Of a stretch of 64,000 nucleotides of DNA, positions 61,001-64,000 are shown piece by piece; the first letter of the stretch is position 1; each line of letters starts with the position of its first letter. The DNA is taken from contig NC_091282.1 of the NCBI RefSeq assembly GCF_032444005.1, positions 495,504,001 to 495,568,000 of the forward strand, read 5' to 3'. The position numbers and the translations under genes are program-made. Below the pieces are notes generated by a model, which saw only the letters and a program-made list of their open reading frames with translations, was not told the DNA's origin and did not search any database. The stretch is from Ranitomeya imitator (Eukaryota).

Positions 61001-64000
61001 AGGCTACAAATATTGGCCCCCGGCTGTCGGCTTTCCCCCTATGGCGCAGAAAATTGCGCGGGAGCCCACGCCGTTTATCTTCCGTGTGTTTTTTTTTTTT
61101 TTAAATTCAAAGCTCATAAAGGTTTCTTTCACACTTGCGTCGGTACGTGTCCATTGCTATGCGTCGGGCTGACGTACCGATGCATGTTGTGAAATTTGTG
61201 CACAACTTGGGCAGCGGATGCAGTTTTTCGCGACGGACAAAAAAAGTACACTTGAACGTTTTCTCGTGCCGATGGTTCGCCAAAACACGACGGATCCGTT
61301 GCACGACGGATGCGACGTGTGGCGATCCGTCGCGATCCGTCGCTAATACAAATATATGGTTAAAATACGAATCCTGCGAGCACATTTGCAGGATCTGTTT
61401 TTTTCCACCGGATCCGTTTTTTTCCACCAAATCATTCTTTTCCCACCGGATCCGTTTTTTTCCGCCAGGTCCATTTTTTTCTCATAGAGTTGTATTAGCA
61501 CCGGATTGCGCCTGATGGACACACATTTCATCCATTTTTTTGCAGGATCCGTCAAAAAAGCTGTTTCCGCTGGCCGGGAAAACACATACAGAGGAACGGT
61601 TTTTCTGTCCGGCAAAAAAGCGCACAGCGACGGATCCAACAAAAAACGGATGAAACTGAGATGTGAAATGATGAATCCGGCCTCCAAATCCATTTTTTCA
61701 TGCATGTTTCCATTCAAATCATGCACATTTTCCCTTTATTTATTTCCAAAAACTGCATCAAAACCGCGCAAAAAACGGAATGAAAGCTGCATCAAAAACC
61801 GCACCAAAAACTGCATCAAAAACTGCATCAAAAACTGCATCAAAAACCGCACCAAAACCTGCACCAAAACCTGCACCAAAAACTGCACCAAAAACAGCAT
61901 AAAACACACACAGGGTTAATGCCAGAGTTAACAGACCGCGGTGTAACGCACTCAATTAACGCTGCTATTAACCCTGTGTGACCAACAATTTACTTTTGAT
62001 GCTGCGTATGCAGCATCAATAGTAAAACGAACTAATGTCAAAAATAATAATAATAAAAAAAAGGTTATTCTAACCTTCCGAGGTTGCGCGCTGTCCTCTA
62101 CACGGGAGTGGGAAGATAGGGGCTAAGTGCCAGAATTGGCGAATCTTACAGATGCGCCATTTCTGGGGCGGCTGCGGACTGGTATTTGTAGCTGGGGGGG
62201 GGGCAATATCCATGGCCCCTCTCTAGGCTATGAATATCAGCCCGCAGCTGTCTGCGTAGCCTTTCTGGCTATAAAATATAGGGGGACCCCACGTTATTTT
62301 TTTGGGGTCCCCCTATTTTAATAGCCAGTAAAGGCTACGCAGACAGCTGCGGGCTGATATTCATAGCAGGCTACAAATATTGGCCCCCGGCTGTCGGCTT
62401 TCCCCCTATGGCTCAGAAAATTGCGCGGGAGCCCACGCCGTTTATCTTCCGTGTGTTTTTTTTTTTTAAATTCAAAGCTCATAAAGGTTTCTTTCACACT
62501 TGCGTCGGTACGTGTCCATTGCTATGCGTCGGGCTGACGTACCGATGCATGTTGTGAAATTTGTGCACAACTTGGGCAGCGGATGCAGTTTTTCGCGACG
62601 GACAAAAAAAGTACACTTGAACGTTTTCTCGTGCCGATGGTTCGCCAAAACACGACGGATCCGTTGCACGACGGATGCGACGTGTGGCGATCCGTCGCGA
62701 TCCGTCGCTAATACAAATTTATGGTTAAAATACGAATCCTGCGAGCACATTTGCAGGATCTGTTTTTTTCCACCGGATCCGTTTTTTTCCACCAAATCAT
62801 TCTTTTCCCACCGGATCCGTTTTTTTCCGCCAGGTCCATTTTTTTCTCATAGAGTTGTATTAGCACCGGATTGCGCCTGATGGACACACATTTCATCCAT
62901 TTTTTTGCAGGATCCGTCAAAAAAGCTGTTTCCGCTGGCCGGGAAAACACATACAGAGGAACGGTTTTTCTGTCCGGCAAAAAAGCGCACAGCGACGGAT
63001 CCAACAAAAAACGAATGAAACTGAGATGTGAAATGATGAATCCGGCCTCCAAATCCATTTTTTCATGCATGTTTCCATTCAAATCATGCACATTTTCCCT
63101 TTATTTATTTCCAAAAACTGCATCAAAACCGCGCAAAAAAACGGAATGAAAGCTGCATCAAAAACCGCACCAAAAACTGCACCAAAAACTGCATCAAAAA
63201 CTGCATCAAAAACTGCATCAAAAACCGCACCAAAACCTGCACCAAAACCTGCACCAAAAACTGCACCAAAAACAGCATAAAACACACACAGGGTTAATGC
63301 CAGAGTTAACAGACCGCGGTGTAACGCACTCAATTAACGCTGCTATTAACCCTGTGTGACCAACAATTTACTTTTGATGCTGCGTATGCAGCATCAATAG
63401 TAAAACGAACTAATGTCAAAAATAATAATAATAAAAAAAAGGTTATTCTAACCCTCCGAGGTTGCGCGCTGTCCTCTACACGGGAGTGGGAAGATAGGGG
63501 CTAAGTGCCAGAATTGGCGAATCTTACAGTTGCGCCATTTCTGGGGCGGCTGCGGACTGGTATTTGTAGCTGGGGGGGGGGGCAATATCCATGGCCCCTC
63601 TCTAGGCTATGAATATCAGCCCGCAGCTGTCTGCGTAGCCTTTCTGGCTATAAAATATAGGGGGACCCCACGTTATTTTTTTGGGGTCCCCCTATTTTAA
63701 TAGCCAGTAAAGGCTACGCAGACAGCTGCGGGCTGATATTCATAGCAGGCTACAAATATTGGCCCCCGGCTGTCGGCTTTCCCCCTATGGCGCAGAAAAT
63801 TGCGCGGGAGCCCACGCCGTTTATCTTCCGTGTGTTTTTTTTTTTTTTAAATTCAAAGCTCATAAAGGTTTCTTTCACACTTGCGTCGGTACGTGTCCAT
63901 TGCTATGCGTCGGGCTGACGTACCGATGCATGTTGTGAAATTTGTGCACAACTTGGGCAGCGGATGCAGTTTTTCGCGACGGACAAAAAAAGTACACTTG
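58038..64000 (+). mobile_element. hAT-type non-autonomous element, left end only; runs off the window
   Basis: Terminus TAGTGTTGAGCG followed by multiple CCGATAC subterminal repeats; no right end in the window. Confidence 0.6.
59350..64000. repeat. ~1.38-kb tandem array (at least 3.3 copies; periods 1383, 1365, 1381)
   Basis: TAAATTCAAAGCTCATAAAGG recurs at ~59719, 61102, 62467 and 63848. The units are near-identical and include a one-ended Harbinger MITE and 12-bp AAAAACTGCA(C/T)C repeats. Confidence 0.95.

Noticed and set aside
59724-63333. Repeated 107-127-aa ORFs and the KTAPKTAS/FGAVFDAV ORFs
   Set aside because: They arise from MITE palindromes and 12-bp microrepeats copied with the 1.38-kb array, with no coding signature.

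Overview
Vertebrate genomic DNA, most likely from a frog (inferred from the repeat families; the species cannot be determined). The window is almost entirely nested transposons around one host gene. (1) 1-21444 is the body and right end of a very large hAT DNA transposon. It has a lightly damaged BED-finger DDE transposase (1956-5520) and several internal satellite arrays. (2) Inserted into one of those satellites is the most interesting object, a 9,888-bp Foldback-type element (10113-20000). It has a perfect 9-bp TSD (CTCCAGGTT), long unequal terminal inverted repeats built from 145-bp tandem units, and a ~1,050-aa gene broken by a single homopolymer frameshift. The gene looks like a Mutator-superfamily NOF-type DDE transposase fused to a C-terminal USP-like cysteine-protease domain, so the element resembles the Drosophila FB-NOF architecture in a vertebrate. 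(3) 21.5-33.7 kb holds MITEs, a solo LTR with a CR1 inserted in it, and Tc1, CR1 and Gypsy fragments. (4) A perilipin-2 (PLIN2) gene lies on the + strand with 7 coding exons (34013-50639, 425 aa). Its sixth-exon acceptor reads AC instead of AG, and its 12-kb intron 2 contains a full-length DIRS retrotransposon with an internal 230-bp-arm hairpin. (5) After 51.7 kb come a decayed piggyBac, a decayed hAT transposase on the - strand, and a second hAT-type left end followed by a ~1.38-kb tandem array running off the window. No rRNA, tRNA or CRISPR array was found. Family assignments come from motif recognition by eye, not database searches.
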